DNA of 64,000 bases from Chiloscyllium plagiosum (GCF_004010195.1 NC_057720.1:3765938-3829937), one strand, 5' to 3'; numbered from the stretch's first letter, positions 41,892-55,390 are shown. Numbers and translations: made by a program. Notes: generated by a model not told the origin, from the letters alone.

Positions 41892-42132
41892 AGAAAGTGA
41901 GGGCTGCAGATGCTGGAGATCAGTGCTGAAAATGTGTTGCTGGAAAAGCGCAGCAGGTCAGGCAGCATCCAGGGAACAGGAGAATCGACGTTTCGGGCAT
42001 AAGCCCTTCTTCAGGAATGAGGAAAGTGTGTCCAGCAGGCTAAGATAAAAGGTAGGGAGGAGGGACTTGGGGCATTTCCGACGCCCCTCCCCCAAGTCCC
42101 TCCTCCCTACCTTTTATCTTAGCCTGCTGGAC
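41892..42132. mobile_element. Penelope-derived mini-insertion with intact hammerhead motif and fold-back
   Basis: 15-bp TSD acactgtccaagagg (41877-41891 and 42133-42147); perfect 47-bp inverted repeat at 42026-42072 and 42090-42136. Confidence 0.85.
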
Positions 42133-43075
42133 ACACTGTCCAAGAGGCAACTGCATTCATCAGACACTGACCTGGTATAGGTTGAAGACATCTCTAATCA
42201 TGTGAAATGCATGTAGTGTCCGGGTATGTGGGACAAAGATTCTGGTCATTGCAGTAGTACACTGGAAATCATGCCCCAGAGTTATCACAGAGTTAAAATT
42301 TTATCAAATACACAAAGTCCCTAGTTTACCTGACTGTTAGACACAGATCCACAGAAAACACACAGACCAGGTTTCTGTACTTAACAAAAACTACTATTTA
42401 TTACAAATTAATAGATCTTATTTTTAAGGTGAGAGGAGAAAGATTCAAAAGGGACCTAAGGAGCAATGTTTTCTCACAGAGGGTGGTGCCTGTGGAACAA
42501 AAGAACAAAAGAGATGTACAGCACAGGAGCAGGCCCTTCGGCCCTTCATGCTTGTGCCGATCATCATGCACTAAACTAAAACACAAACCTGTTGCCCTTA
42601 TTCGGTCTATATCCCTCTTTTCTCTCCCTATTTACGTAACTATCTAGCAGCCTCTTCAATGGTACCAATGTACCTGCTTCCACCACCTCTTCTGGCAGTG
42701 GGTTCCAGGCTCCTACCACTCTCTCTGTGAAAGGTTTCCCTCGCACATCTCCCTTAAACGTTTCCTCTGAAGTGGTAGATACAGGTACAGTTACAACATT
42801 TAGGATACATTTGGATAAGTACACAAATAGAAAAGGATTAGAGGGATAAATGCAGGCAGATGGGACTAGTTTATCTTGGGAAATTTGGTCAGCATAGATG
42901 AGTTGGAATGAAGGGTTTGTTTCCGTGCTATGTGGCTCTATGACTTGAGGTTCTTTCACATTTCCACAAGAGGCACAGAGCGACTGGTTTACAAGCGATA
43001 ATGTTTCTGACTTATTGGTTAAAAGCAGTAATTGGTGGGAGACAACTGGGTTTCCTAAACTTCAGGTGTTTTGCT

Positions 43076-43112
43076 GGAGAGAGAGAAAGAGAGAGAGAGA
43101 GAGAAAGAGAGA
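43076..43112. repeat. (GA)n microsatellite, imperfect
   Basis: Read directly from the sequence. Confidence 0.9.
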
Positions 43113-44696
43113 AAAAGCATCACCTCCTCTTGCAGAGGTCTGAAGCCCATTCACTGTATTGATCACACCACAGCTGCTCAGCTACCCGGGAACCAATCAC
43201 AGCGTTGTTGTCAGGCTGATAACCTTTGGCATCCACAATTGGTCACAATTCCACAAATCAATCAGCAACCTGTTACAAAGCCGAATCTTATTTTATAAGC
43301 ACCAAGCTGTTGGTTTATTCCTTTTCTCATCGCTTGCAAAGCAACAGTGTAAACATGACTTACAATGAGACTCAGCAATCTGCTTTATAAAGATCCAGCT
43401 CTTCCTTCCTGCATTCACTGTTGTAAAACAGTCTTTTTCCCAGTTTGAACCACAATGAAAAAAAAGTAAAAGAAAATCATGTGGTCTTTACCAACCACAA
43501 CCCACAAACGTATCAAGGCTGTTACTGATACAAGTTCTGGTTGTTCCCTTTTCTCTTGTAAAAGGGCTAAGGCCTGGCTTGGTCAACATAGCTCAGCTTC
43601 CCCTAGATGCAGAGTGCTATAGATCATACACACCTTACATTGAGAGTGCCATATCTTAACGTGACTGACTCATCAACAAGAAAGTGTTCCATTCCATTAA
43701 TGTACGAGCAATCTGTTTTCATCAAGGCCACTTCTTACAAGTCTGCCCCAGGAACGCTGGGAGCTGTGATGATGTCTGTGCCCTGAGGACTCTCATGTTC
43801 TTGCTTCCCTTCAAGGACTGGATGGTTACTGAGGGACAAGGGTTACCCTCCATGGCTGATGACTCCACGACAGAAACCCCAGATGAAGGCTTAGTGTGGA
43901 TGCATTGCAGGCCATTCTTCAGCCAGGACCATGGGGTGAGCAGATAACTGGTCTCTTGAAAAACACGGAGCTTGAGGGAGGTGATAGCTTTGTGGTATTA
44001 TCATTGGACTATTAATCCAGACACCCAGGTACAAATGCCAACATTCTCCAAAGCTGGATCCAGCGTTCCACAACATACTGCTGTAGAGTCATTCTCCTGA
44101 AAACACTTCATAAACTCTACCATTTACACTATTACTAATCCAGTCTATATTAGGATTAAGATTATATCCATTAGGAATACTCTTTAGTTTTTGTTCCTCA
44201 GTGTAATTTCCTTGTAAATTTGTTCTTTGGGAGATTTCTTCTGTTTGGTGATTTTATTTCTTTTATTCATTGACAAGATGAGGGTGTTGCTGGCTAGGCC
44301 AGCATTTGTTGCTCATCAAAAATTACCCAGAGGGCAGTGAAGGGTCAGTCACATTGCTGTGGGTCTGGAGTCACATGTACGGCCAACCAGGTGGGGATGG
44401 CAGTTTCCTTCCCGAAAGGACATAGGTGAGTAATCTAAAAAGATCCAGTGGACGTGCAGTGGGCTGGAGGGGGATACCAGAGTGGGGTACTGGGGAGGGG
44501 AGGTGGACTTGTCTGTTAATCAATGCTAGGAGTATGGGATAGGTCAAACAGAGGCAGGGGATTAGCCAATGAGACCTTGGTCATTATGTGCCAGTTGAGG
44601 TTGGGGGTCACAGGTGCTGAGGTACATGTGAAATGAATGACTATGGTCCAGCTGCAACATGCTGTGACCAGACCATCACCGTCCCATCTCACTCAC

Positions 44697-44786
44697 CAAC
44701 AGATTGGACTTGACGGCCTCAGGTTTTATTGCTGGAAGGTTGCCCTGTAATCTGCTCGCAAAGTTAGAGATGTCCCAAAGCACCAC
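44697..44786 (-). CDS. DNAI3: DNAI3/WDR63 coding exon 5 in window, 90 bp, phase 0/0
   Basis: Polypyrimidine tract, acceptor ctcag|GTG and donor TTG|gtgagt. Translates VVLWDISNFASRLQGNLPAIKPEAVKSNLL, completing the GQ-VVLWD WD motif. Confidence 0.92.
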
Positions 44787-45223
44787 CTGAGCCAGGAAAA
44801 ACAGAGAACAACTATCAGCAACAACTACAACAACCACTTGTATTTACATAGCACCTTTAATGTAGTGAGATGTTCCCAAACTCCATGACACATGTTATTC
44901 TCAAATGAAACTACAAAGGGTTTGAAACCTCAGCTAAAGGGAGTCAGTATTAAACAGCATCTTAAGGTTGGGGTGGGGGGGGGGGGGGTAGGGGAGGCAA
45001 GATTAGAGTTTCAAGAAGGAATTGCAAAGCAGAGAGAGCTAGATAGCTGAAGACAGGGCAACTGAGTGTGGATGAGAGGAAGTCAGGTACCTGCACCAAT
45101 CACGGCTTCTTCAGTTACACCGAGAGACTTTGCTTTAATTTAGGGATTGATTTTACATTTTAACTATTCTCAGATGTTAAAGTATGATCTTGTTCCTTTG
45201 ACGCTTTAGAATTTACACATTAC

Positions 45224-45313
45224 CTGGCCATTCTTACAGCCTCCAGCCAAAATATTTGGGTCAGTCGGACAAAACTGAAAGCAGTAAATATCATCTGGTG
45301 CCTTCAGCATGAT
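45224..45313 (-). CDS. DNAI3: DNAI3/WDR63 coding exon 4 in window, 90 bp, phase 0/0
   Basis: Acceptor tgtttag|ATC and donor CAG|gtaatg. Translates IMLKAPDDIYCFQFCPTDPNILAGGCKNGQ (WD40 blade). Found by hand; too short for the ORF track. Confidence 0.95.
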
Positions 45314-47214
45314 CTAAACAAAAATCAAACACAGGAATGACAAACATTTATACCGATTCCAAAATCTGTCCACTCACATTATGTGTTTAGATTTGGAGAT
45401 GCCGGTGTTGGACTGGGGTGTACAAAGTTAAAAATCACACAACACCAGGTTATAGTCCAACAGGTTTAATTGGAAGCACACTAGCTTTCGGAGCAACGCT
45501 CCTTCATCAGGTGATAGTGGAGGGCTCAATCCTAACACAGAATTTATAGCAAAAATTTACAGTGTGACGTAACTGAAACTATACACCCAGTCGGAACGGT
45601 TGTTCAAGTGAATCCACAAACTAACACGATCCCACAATAAGTGTTCGCACTGTGTGATAGTTTCAGTCAGGTCACTCTGTCATGCAAATTCACAGTAATG
45701 ATTGACAAATTGGGGAAACTGTTTCTACAGCGCGAAATTTTATAACGTGCATTGGCTGTAATGCAGTTACATCGGCAACACTTTAGGCATTGTTTCTATA
45801 ATGCGGGGTTGCACAAGACTGTAACCATTGCATTACAGAAGAACACAGTATAAAGGAATGCTGTGAATGGAGAGATTGCTAACACAGCAGGGCGCTTCAT
45901 AACAACATCAGGGAGAAAGGACAAAAAAACTGATATTGAGTGCAACAGAAGAACAGATGATGGCCTAGCAGTATTACCAGCTAGGCTATTAATCCAGAGA
46001 GTCAGAAAATGTTCTAGGGACATGGGTGCAAATCCCGCCATGACAGATGGTGGAATTTGGATCCAATTAAAAATCTGGAATGAAGAATCTAATGGTGACC
46101 ATGAGGCTGTTGCTGATTGTGAGTGACAGCATAGCTGGTACACTGATGTCCTTCACGAAAGGAAATCTGCCATCCTTACTTGGTCTTGCCTACGTAACCC
46201 ACAGCAATATGATTGACTCCTTACTGCCCTCTGGGTTGAGGAACATATCAGTCATGATCAGGTGGTGGTACAGACTTGATAGGCCGAATGGCTTAATCTG
46301 ATCCTATATCTCCTGGTCTAACCATAACGTCCACAACCATATTGCTAAAAAAAGAGGCCATTCAGCCCCTCAAGCCTATTTCAGCAGTCAATGAGATCAT
46401 GGCTGATCGGAGACTGAGCTCCATTTCTGCCCTTGCTCATTATTCCTTGATACCTATGATAGAGTCATACAGCACGGAAACAGGCCCTTCAGTCCAACTT
46501 GTCTGTGCTAACCTGGATTCCCAAATTGAACCAGTCCCATTTGTCTGTGTTTGCCCATACACTCTAAACCTTTCCGATCCAAGAGATCTGATAAAGCGTT
46601 CAAAATCATGAGTGGACTGGGTAGATAGGGAGAAGCTGTTCTCACTCGTAAATGGAGCTACAACAAGAGGACATCGACTGAAAGCGATGTGCAAATGAGA
46701 TGAAGGGTTGATGAAGGGCTCCTGCCCGAAACATCGATTTTCCTGCTCCTTGGATGCTGCCTGACCTGCTGTGCTTTTCCAGCCCACCACTCTAATCTTG
46801 ACTCCTGTATTTAGTATCTGCAGCCCTCACTTTCACCCTGATATGCAAATTATGCAAGGGTAATGTGAGGAAAAATGTCTCTAAACAGTGAGCTGTTAGG
46901 GATAGAATGTGTTGCTTGGAAATGTGGTGGAGGCAGGTTCAATGGAGGTACTCAAGAGGGAATTGGATGGTTATTTAGGTAAGAATAATGTGCAAGAGGT
47001 GGGGAAATGGCTGGAGATTGGCACTGGGTAATAATGCTCATTTGGATGAACCGGTGCAGGCATGAAGGACTGAGTGGCCACCTTCTGTGCTGTAACCATC
47101 CTGTGATTCTGTGGATTCAGAACCTAAAGGATATGGGCACAACTAAAAAAAAATCTGTAACACATAAGACATTTGTAGGTATATGTAAAGTCCAAGTCAT
47201 TTAGATTGCATGAT

Positions 47215-47640
47215 GTCTCAGTGGTTAGTACTGCTGCCTCACAGCAGCAGGGAGCCGGGTTCAATTCCACCGAGTTTGCACATTCTCCATGTGTCTGTGT
47301 GGGTTTCCTCCGGGTGCTCCGGTTTCCTCCCACAATCCAAAGATGTGCAGGTTAGGTGGACTGGCCATAGGAAATTGCCCATAATGTCCAGGGATGTGTT
47401 GGCTAGGTAAATTTGCCATGGGATATACAAGGCTGGGGGTGGTGTGTGGGATGCTCTTCAGAGGGTTGGTGTCTTCTTAACCCTCCTGTCTACCTCTGAT
47501 GCAACTTTCAATGAACTATGTACATGAACCCCTAGGTCTCTCTGTTCTACTACACTACCTACCAGTTGGAACAAACTGTCGACCTGATGGGCCAAAGGGC
47601 CTACTTCCACACTGAAGGGATTTGATGATTCGACGGTTTG
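47215..47640 (+). mobile_element. HE1-type V-SINE interrupted by a templated insertion
   Basis: V-domain at 47270-47340; tail split by 47470-47582. Confidence 0.8.
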
Positions 47641-47974
47641 TTCCAACTGGTAGGTACAGTTGTTTGAGCTCCCTCGCCCCCCTCTTCGTCTCACCCTATC
47701 CCCATAACCTTCTTTTCCTTTCTCTCTCGTGTGTTTATCCAGCATCCCATGCATCAATATTCCTTTCAATTCCCCCAGTCGTATCAATGTTTCAAAATTC
47801 TCCCCACTCCTGGAGTAAAATATTCAGAACATTCCCTCAATATCTACTGGGTACCTTCCCGATGATTTTAGAAACCTTAGCAGAGGGAAATGACCCAGTC
47901 TGTTCAGTCTTTGATTGCTCAGTTAAAACTATAAGACCTAGAAGCATAAATAAACCATTTAGCCTATCAAGTAT

Positions 47975-48740
47975 AAAGGCATTGCATTTTGCTAAGACAA
48001 CAAAGGGCAGGGCATACTCAATTAATGGTAGAGCCCTGGGGAGTGTAGTAGAACAGAGAGACCTAGGGGTTCATGTACATAGTTCATTGAAAGTTGCATC
48101 AGAGGTAGACAGGATGGTTAAGAAGACATTTAGCATGCTTGTCTTTATTGCTCAGAGAATCGAGTCTAGGAGTTGGGATCTCACGTTGTGGTTGTACAGG
48201 ATGTTGGTTAGGCCACTTTTGGAGTATTGTGTACAGTTCTGGTCATCCTGCTGTAGGAAGGATATCCTTAAAAGGAGAGACTGCAGAAAAGATTTACCAG
48301 GATGTCACTGGGACTGGAGCGTTTGTGTTGTAAGCAGAGGCTGGATAGGCTGAGCCTTTATTCATTGGGACGTAGGAGGTTGAGGGGTGACCTAATAGAG
48401 GTTTATAAAATCATGAGGGGCATGGATAGGGCGAATTAGCAAAGATCTTTTCTCTATGGTTGGGGTGTTCAAAACTGGAGGGCATATTTTTGTGATGAGG
48501 GGAGAAAGATTTAAAAGGGACCTGATGGGCAACATTTTCATACAGAAGGTGATGTGTCTGTGGAATAATCTGCCAGAGGAAGTGGTAGATGCAGGTACAG
48601 TTACAACTTTTAAAATACATTTGGACAGGTACATGAATAGGAAAGGGCTACAAACATATGGGTCAAACACAGACAAGTGGGAAATTTGGTTGGCATGGAT
48701 GAGTTGGACTGAAGGGTCTGTTTGCGAGTTGTATAATTCT
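47975..48740 (+). mobile_element. CR1/HER1 3' fragment
   Basis: C-terminus of ORF 47622-48353 (EQRDLGVHVHSSLK..RPLLEYCVQFWS) and ORF 48456-48833. Confidence 0.85.
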
Positions 48741-49094
48741 GCTCTGCCGATCAATGAGATCATGGCTGCTCTAATAATTCTCCTCTCTATTTTCCTGCCT
48801 TTATCCATAACTCTTGATTCCCTTACTGATTAAAAACCTGTGAATCTCAGCCTTGATTATACTTATAAGTGGTATGGGTTGTGTTATGTACAAAGCTAAT
48901 GTACATTTTTTTATGTACAGTAATTCCTCCTCCAGCATCAAATCATATCCCTCTTGAACTGGAGCATTTTATCTGTATACCAAGGCCTAGTATCTCACTG
49001 AGATTGTAAACTGTGTTATAATGACACAAAGAGCTTTATGAATATTTTTGTCTTTGACCACTTCTCTAGTATTGTGCAAAAGTCCTTTGGATAC

Positions 49095-49219
49095 CTGTGG
49101 GTGGATGGGATCGGTGAAATTCCAGAACAGGATATATGAATGACTGCGGATTAATGTGTTGGTTAGGTTAATCCTGTCCTCCATAGTAATGCGGTCGACA
49201 ACTGACACAGCCACGAGCC
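49095..49219 (-). CDS. DNAI3: DNAI3/WDR63 coding exon 3 in window, 125 bp, phase 1/0
   Basis: Acceptor taatcag|GG and donor CAG|gtat. Translates (G)LVAVSVVDRITMEDRINLTNTLIRSHSYILFWNFTDPIHPQ. Confidence 0.93.
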
Positions 49220-49587
49220 CTGATTACAAACACAAGAATTGTCACAGTTAATTTGTGTAATGGATAATATTATGACTAATTTGGATAAATTATGGATTTA
49301 TAAATGTATACATGGATAAAACTAATACCAGCGTTCATAAAAACAGTTACTCTTTTCAGAATGAAGGCCGTAAGAGATCAAAGGTAGGACAGGCCATTTG
49401 GCCTTTCAAGCCTGCTACCCCACACAATAGGATCATGGCTGATTTATTACCTTAACCCCACCCTTCCACCTGTTCCCCTATATCCCTCAATATTCAGAAA
49501 TCTATTCACATCTGATTTGAAATTATTCAACAACTGAGCATCTGCATCTGACCGGGCTAGAGAAATTCGAAGATTCACAATACTCTG

Positions 49588-49766
49588 TCTGTTTGGAAGC
49601 ACTACCTTTTGGAGCGCTGCTCCTTCATCAGGTGGTTGTGACAACCATCTGATGAAGGAGCAGTGCTCCAAAAGCTAGTGCCTCCAAATAAACCTGCTGG
49701 ACTATAACCTGGTGTTGTGTAATTTTTTAACTGTGTACACCCCAGTCCAACACCAGCATCTCCAAA
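49588..49766. mobile_element. Penelope-derived mini-insertion with two opposed hammerhead-like cores
   Basis: 13-bp TSD tcacaatactctg (49575-49587 and 49767-49779); inverted arms centred near 49640. Confidence 0.8.
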
Positions 49767-51509
49767 TCACAATACTCTGGATGAAGACATTTCTCCTCAC
49801 CTTAGTCCTAAATGGCCCACCCCTCATTTGGAGAGTGACATCTTGCTCTATGGTGCCCCACTGGGAGAAACAGCTTCTCAGAAACTAGCCTGCTGGAATA
49901 TCTCAGGAAACCCAAATGGAAAGGAACATAATTTATTGTTGAACATCAAAACAGAGCCACCACTCATGGTGTACAAAGGCTAGTCCCAGACTGGACAGAC
50001 AGTTCTACAAACCCACTTCTGGATCTGCTTTATAAAGAACTCAGGTGATGAGTTCCAGTAGGTATCTCAAACTCAATAAGCTCCACAGGGAGATTAATTA
50101 ATGATTCCCCCTGAGTCTTGTAGGGATTATCATACCTGCCTCAAGCACCTTCAGAATTTTATATGTTTTAATTGGATACCATATAAAATTCTTTAATACT
50201 TCACAGAATATACCTTAGCCCACTCAGTCTACAAAGACTGTGTATTATTTTATTCCAATTGTTTTATTATTATCTTGGATAAGTCTGTATACACAGGGAG
50301 TTCAGGACAGCCTGCAATTAGTTATCCATTCATTAAGACTGGATGGATTTGGCAGAATATGTGTGTCTCTGGTGCTCAATGATATGCACCTTGTCTCACT
50401 GAGAGAACTGATTTAGCTCCAATATTATTTATTTTATCTGATAGGTATTGGTGCTGTGCTAAGAGAAAGACTGGGGTTGATTTGAGAGATTCTGTAAAAT
50501 CTATTCTAGTAAGTTTCATATCTCCTGTTCTGTACCTCAGTTGTGATGTGCCCTTCATAATTTCAGGATGTTCCAATGCATGTTACACACAGTGACGTAC
50601 TTTGGAAAAGTTATAATTATTGCAAATGAAGGAGTACTGCAGCTAATATGTGCACACAAACCTCCAATAAACTGTAGTGAGGTAATAAGCAGGTGATAAA
50701 AGCAAATTTCTGTGACTTCAGGAGATCTGAAATAAACACAACAGTTTCCGTTCCAATGTCACTCTTCTTCAGATGTTTTCCAAAGAAGAATCAAATTGGA
50801 CTTGCTATTTTAATTCTGTAAGTCTCTCCACAGATGCTGCCAGACCTGCTGAGTTTCTCCAGTGACGGACCACATTTTGGATTATAAACTAGACTGGAAA
50901 CCTAGTTATTTTGATATTTTGCTCAAATATCAGGAGAGCTTTACAATGTATAAAAATCAAATCGTACGCATTTTGAACTGTGCAAGACAATGATGCTTTT
51001 CAAAGTAGCAATATCATTACTTTGAGATGGAGTAGCAACAAAAAGTCTTTGAGTTAAGAAAAGTTTGTTTGATGACAGCCCTTGGATTCATTGAGCTGCT
51101 GTTTGCTACAAATATACTATACAGGTTTAGGTCAGCCAGAGACACCCAGAGGCTGTGAACCTAAAAAATCTCCTTTGTGCCCCCCTCTCCATGTGGGAGA
51201 CAAAAAAACATGATAAACAAGAAAGCTCAGACCTAGGGCTAGCAGATCAACGTGAAGGATGACCATCACTTTCCAGATGTTATCATTGCAAAATTCAAAA
51301 GGAACTATGAGAGTAATTTTAATCTACCCTTGTATTCCCAACTTTTAATCGTCAGTTTTGTAATCAATCTCTGTACACATTTCTTTTTTTGACCCATGAC
51401 ATCTGTGTCAAATCATCTGTCTTTTCCTCATCTTAAGCATTATCTTGGTTTTATTTATAAAGGGACATAGTTAAATTGCAAGTAGTAGATTAGAATTCCT
51501 TTCCTTCAG

Positions 51510-53810
51510 TATGTCAATAGTCCAATGAGGGAAGGGGCCATATTGGACCTGGTACTGGGGAACGAGCCAGGACAGGGGTAGAAGTTGTGGTGGGGGATTT
51601 CTTTGGGAACAGTGACCACAATTCTGCAAGTTTTAGAATACTCGTAGATAAAGATGAGAGTGGTCCTAAGGGAAGAGTACGAAACAGGGCCAAGGCCAAT
51701 TATATCAAAATTAGGCAGGAGCTGGGAAATGTAGATTGGACACAGCTATTTGAAGGGAAGTCCTCATTTGATATGTGTGAGGCTTTCAAAGATAGGTTAA
51801 AGATAGTGAAGGATAGGCATGTCCCGTTGAAGGTAAAGGATAGGAAGGGCAAGATTCATGGATGACAGGAGAAATTGTACGACCAGCCAAGAGGAAAAGG
51901 GAAGCGTACATAAGGTCCAGGCAGCTAAGAACAGAACGGGCCCTGGAGGAATATCGGAAGAGTAGGACAAGTCTTAAACGAGGAAACAAGCAGGCTAAAA
52001 GGGGCCATGAAATAGTTTTAGCAAGCAGAAGTAAGGAGAATCCTAAAGCATTTTATTCTAATATAAGAAGCAAGTGGGTAACTAGAGAAAGGATTGGTCC
52101 ACTAAAGGATAATGAAGGAAGGCTGTGTGTCGAATCTGAGAGAATGGGTGAGATTCTGAATGATTACTTTGCATCAGTGTTCACTGAGGAGAGGAACATG
52201 ATGAATCTTGAGATTAAAGATAGAAGTTTGATTAGTCTGGATCACGTTGGCATAAGTAGGGAACTTGTGTTGGGTAGGCTAGAGGTTATTAAGGTGGACA
52301 CATCCCCAGGACCAGATGGGATCTATCCCAGGTTGTTGAGGAAGGTGAGAGAGGAAATAGCTGGGGCCCTGACAGATATCTATGTGGATTAGTGGTGCTG
52401 GAAGAGCTCAGCAGTTCAGGCAGCATCCGAGGAGCAGTAAAATCGATGTTTCGGGCAAAAGTCCTTTATCAGGAATAAAGGCAGAGAGCCCCTCTATTTA
52501 TATTTATATATAGAAAAGAATGGGCTTATCAGAGATAGGCAACATAGTTTTGTGCGGGGGAGATCGTGCCTTACCAACTTAATAGAGTTCTTCGAGGAAG
52601 TGACCAAGTTGATAGATGAAGGAAGGGCTGTAGAAGTCATATACATGGACTTTAGTAAGGCATTTGATAAGGTTCCCCATGGTAGACTAATGAAGAAAGT
52701 GAAGTCACATGGGTGTTCTAGCTCGGTGGATAAAGAACTCAATGAGCAACAGGAGACAGAGAGTAGTAGTTGAAGGGCATGTCTCGAAATGAAGAAAGGT
52801 GCCCAGTGGTGTTCCACAGGGGTCAGTGTTGGGGCCACTGTTATTTGTAATATACATAAATGCTCTGGAAGAGGGCACTGTTGGTATGATCAGCAAATTT
52901 GCAGATGACATGAAGATTGGTGGAGTAGCAGAAAGCATAAGGGACTGTCAAAGAATACAGGACAATATACATAGAGTGGAGAGTTGGGCAGAAAAGTGGA
53001 GATGGCTTTCAATCCAGACAAATGTGGAGGTGATGCATTTAGGCAAGACTAATTCTCGAGCGAATTATACAATGAATGGAAGAGCATTGGGAAAAGTTGA
53101 TGGGCAGAGAGATCTGGGAGTGCAGGTCCATTGTACCCTAAAGGTTGCTGCACAGGTGGATAGAGTGGTCAACAAGGCATATAGTATGCTTGCCTTCATT
53201 GGACGGGGTATTGAGTATAAGAGCTGGCAAGTCATGTTAAAATTGTACAAGACATTGGTTCGGCCGCATTTAGAATACTGTGTACAGTTCTGGTCGCCAC
53301 ATTACCAAAAGGATGTGGACGCTTTGGAGAGGGTGCAGAGAAGGTTTACGAGGATGTTGCCTGGTATGGAAGGTGCTAGCTATGAAGAGAGGTTGAGTAG
53401 GTTAGGTTTATTTTCATTAGAAAAAAGGAGATTGAGGGGAGACCTGATTGAACTTTACAAAATCATGAAGGGTATAGACAGGGTGGATAGAGACAAGCTT
53501 TTTCCCAGGGTGAAGAATTCAATAACAAGAGGTTATGCTCTCAAGATGAGAGGTGGAAAGTTTAAGGGGAATACACGCGGCAAGTACTTCACACAGAGGG
53601 TGGTGGGCGTTTGGAACGCGTTGCCAGCAGAGGTGGTAGAGGCAGGCACGGTAGATTCATTTAAGATGTGTCTGGACAGATGCATGAGGGATACAGAACC
53701 TTAGGAATTGATCGACAGTTTTAGACAGTAAATTTGGATCGGCTCAGGCTTGGAGGGCCGAAGGGCCTGTTTCTGAGCTGTAAACTTTCTTTGTTCTTTG
53801 TTCTCTTTGT
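51510..53810 (+). mobile_element. Largest CR1/HER1 LINE piece (ORF2 partial, frameshifted), with a Penelope terminus replacing ~52385-52495
   Basis: ORFs 51862-52392, 52552-52773 and 52799-53704 (SGVPQGSVLGPLLF..KFADD..RPHLEYCVQFWSP). Confidence 0.9.
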
Positions 53811-55049
53811 TCACTGTCAGTAGAGTTATTATCTGCTCATTGTGAAACTTGGTGTGAATTGCTTTGTCTTGAGTAGTAGTCAGTCAGACAATCTTGTCAT
53901 CTTGGTGGTTTAATTGAGATTTCATGCATTTTGCAGGGACTTGTAGAACAATGAGCTATGATTATCAGTGCACTCATTCCAAAAATGCTTATTTAATGAC
54001 CATTTAATTTGTTTTATTGACAGTGGTTGAGGGATAAGCATTCACTGGGGAGAAATTTTCCGTGATTCTTTGAATAATGCCAATAGGATCCCTTTTAGGC
54101 AGGAAACAGACAGGAACTCAACTCATGGTGGTAAAAACAATGACTGTAGATGCTGGAAACCAGATTCTGGATCAGTGGTGCTGGAAGAGCACAGCAGTTC
54201 AGGCAACATCCGACGAGCAGCAAAATCGACGTTTCAGGCAAAAGCCCTTCATCAGGAATAAAGGCAGAGAGCCTGAAGCGTGGAGAGATAAGCTAGAGGA
54301 GGGTGGGGGTGGGGAGAAAGTAGCATAGAGTACAATAGGTCAGTGGGGAGGGGATGAAGGTGATAGGTCAGGGAGGAGAGGGTGGAGTGGATAGGTGGAA
54401 AAGGAGCTAGGCAGGTCGGACAAGTCCGGACAGATCAAGGGGACAGTGTGGAACTGGAAGTTTGAAACTAGGGTGAGGTGGGGGAAGGGGAAATGAGGAA
54501 ACTGGTGAAGTCCACATTGATGCCCTGGGGTTGAAGTGTTCCGAGGCGGAAGATGAGGCGTTCTTCCTCCAGGCGTCTGATGGTGAGGGAGCTGCGGTGA
54601 AGGAGGCCCAGGACCTCCATGTCTTCGGCAGAGTGGGAGGGGGAGTTGAAATGTTGGGCCACGGGGCGGTTTGGTTGATTGGTGCGGGTGCTCACCTTCC
54701 ACCCCACAAACCTCCGCATAAACCAAATCATCCGCCGACATTTCCGCCATCTCCAAAAAGACCCCACCACCAGGGATATATTTCCCTCCCCACCCCTTTC
54801 CGCCTTCCGCAAAGACCGTTCACTCCGTGACTACCTGGTCAGGTCCACGCCCCCCCCACGACCCACCCTCCCATCCTGGCACTTTCCCCTGCCACCGCAG
54901 GAACTGTAAAACCTGCGCCCACACCTCCTCCCCCACCTCTATCCAAGGCCCTAAAGGAGCCTTCCACATCCATCAAACTTTTACCTGCACATCCACTAAT
55001 ATCATATATTGTATCCGTTGCTCCCGATGCGGTCACCTCTACATTGGGG

Positions 55050-55293
55050 NNNNNNNNNNNNNNNNNNNNNNNNNNNNNNNNNNNNNNNNNNNNNNNNNNN
55101 NNNNNNNNNNNNNNNNNNNNNNNNNNNNNNNNNNNNNNNNNNNNNNNNNNNNNNNNNNNNNNNNNNNNNNNNNNNNNNNNNNNNNNNNNNNNNNNNNNNN
55201 NNNNNNNNNNNNNNNNNNNNNNNNNNNNNNNNNNNNNNNNNNNNNNNNNNNNNNNNNNNNNNNNNNNNNNNNNNNNNNNNNNNNNNNNNNNNN
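55050..55293. other. Assembly gap (244 N)
   Basis: Run of N inside the inverted Penelope element. Confidence 1.
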
Positions 55294-55350
55294 TCTCCCC
55301 ACCCCCACCCTCCTCTAGCTTATCTCTCCATGCTTCAGGCTCTCTGCCTT

Positions 55351-55390
55351 TATTCCTGATGAAGGGCTTTTGCCCGAAACGTCGATTTTG
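55351..55390 (+). ncRNA. Minimal type-I hammerhead ribozyme motif in a Penelope pLTR
   Basis: CUGAUGA-A-GGGC(UUUU)GCCC-GAAA-CG-UC: intact core, stem II and palindromic ACGU stem III. Stem I is short. Confidence 0.7.

Noticed and set aside
45590..45851. Possible Tigger/pogo-like MITE
   Set aside because: Only a vague internal resemblance; I could not define both terminal inverted repeats or a TA duplication.
52799..53704. 301-aa ORF as a host gene or active LINE
   Set aside because: It is the C-terminal part of CR1 ORF2; upstream parts are frameshifted and partly deleted.
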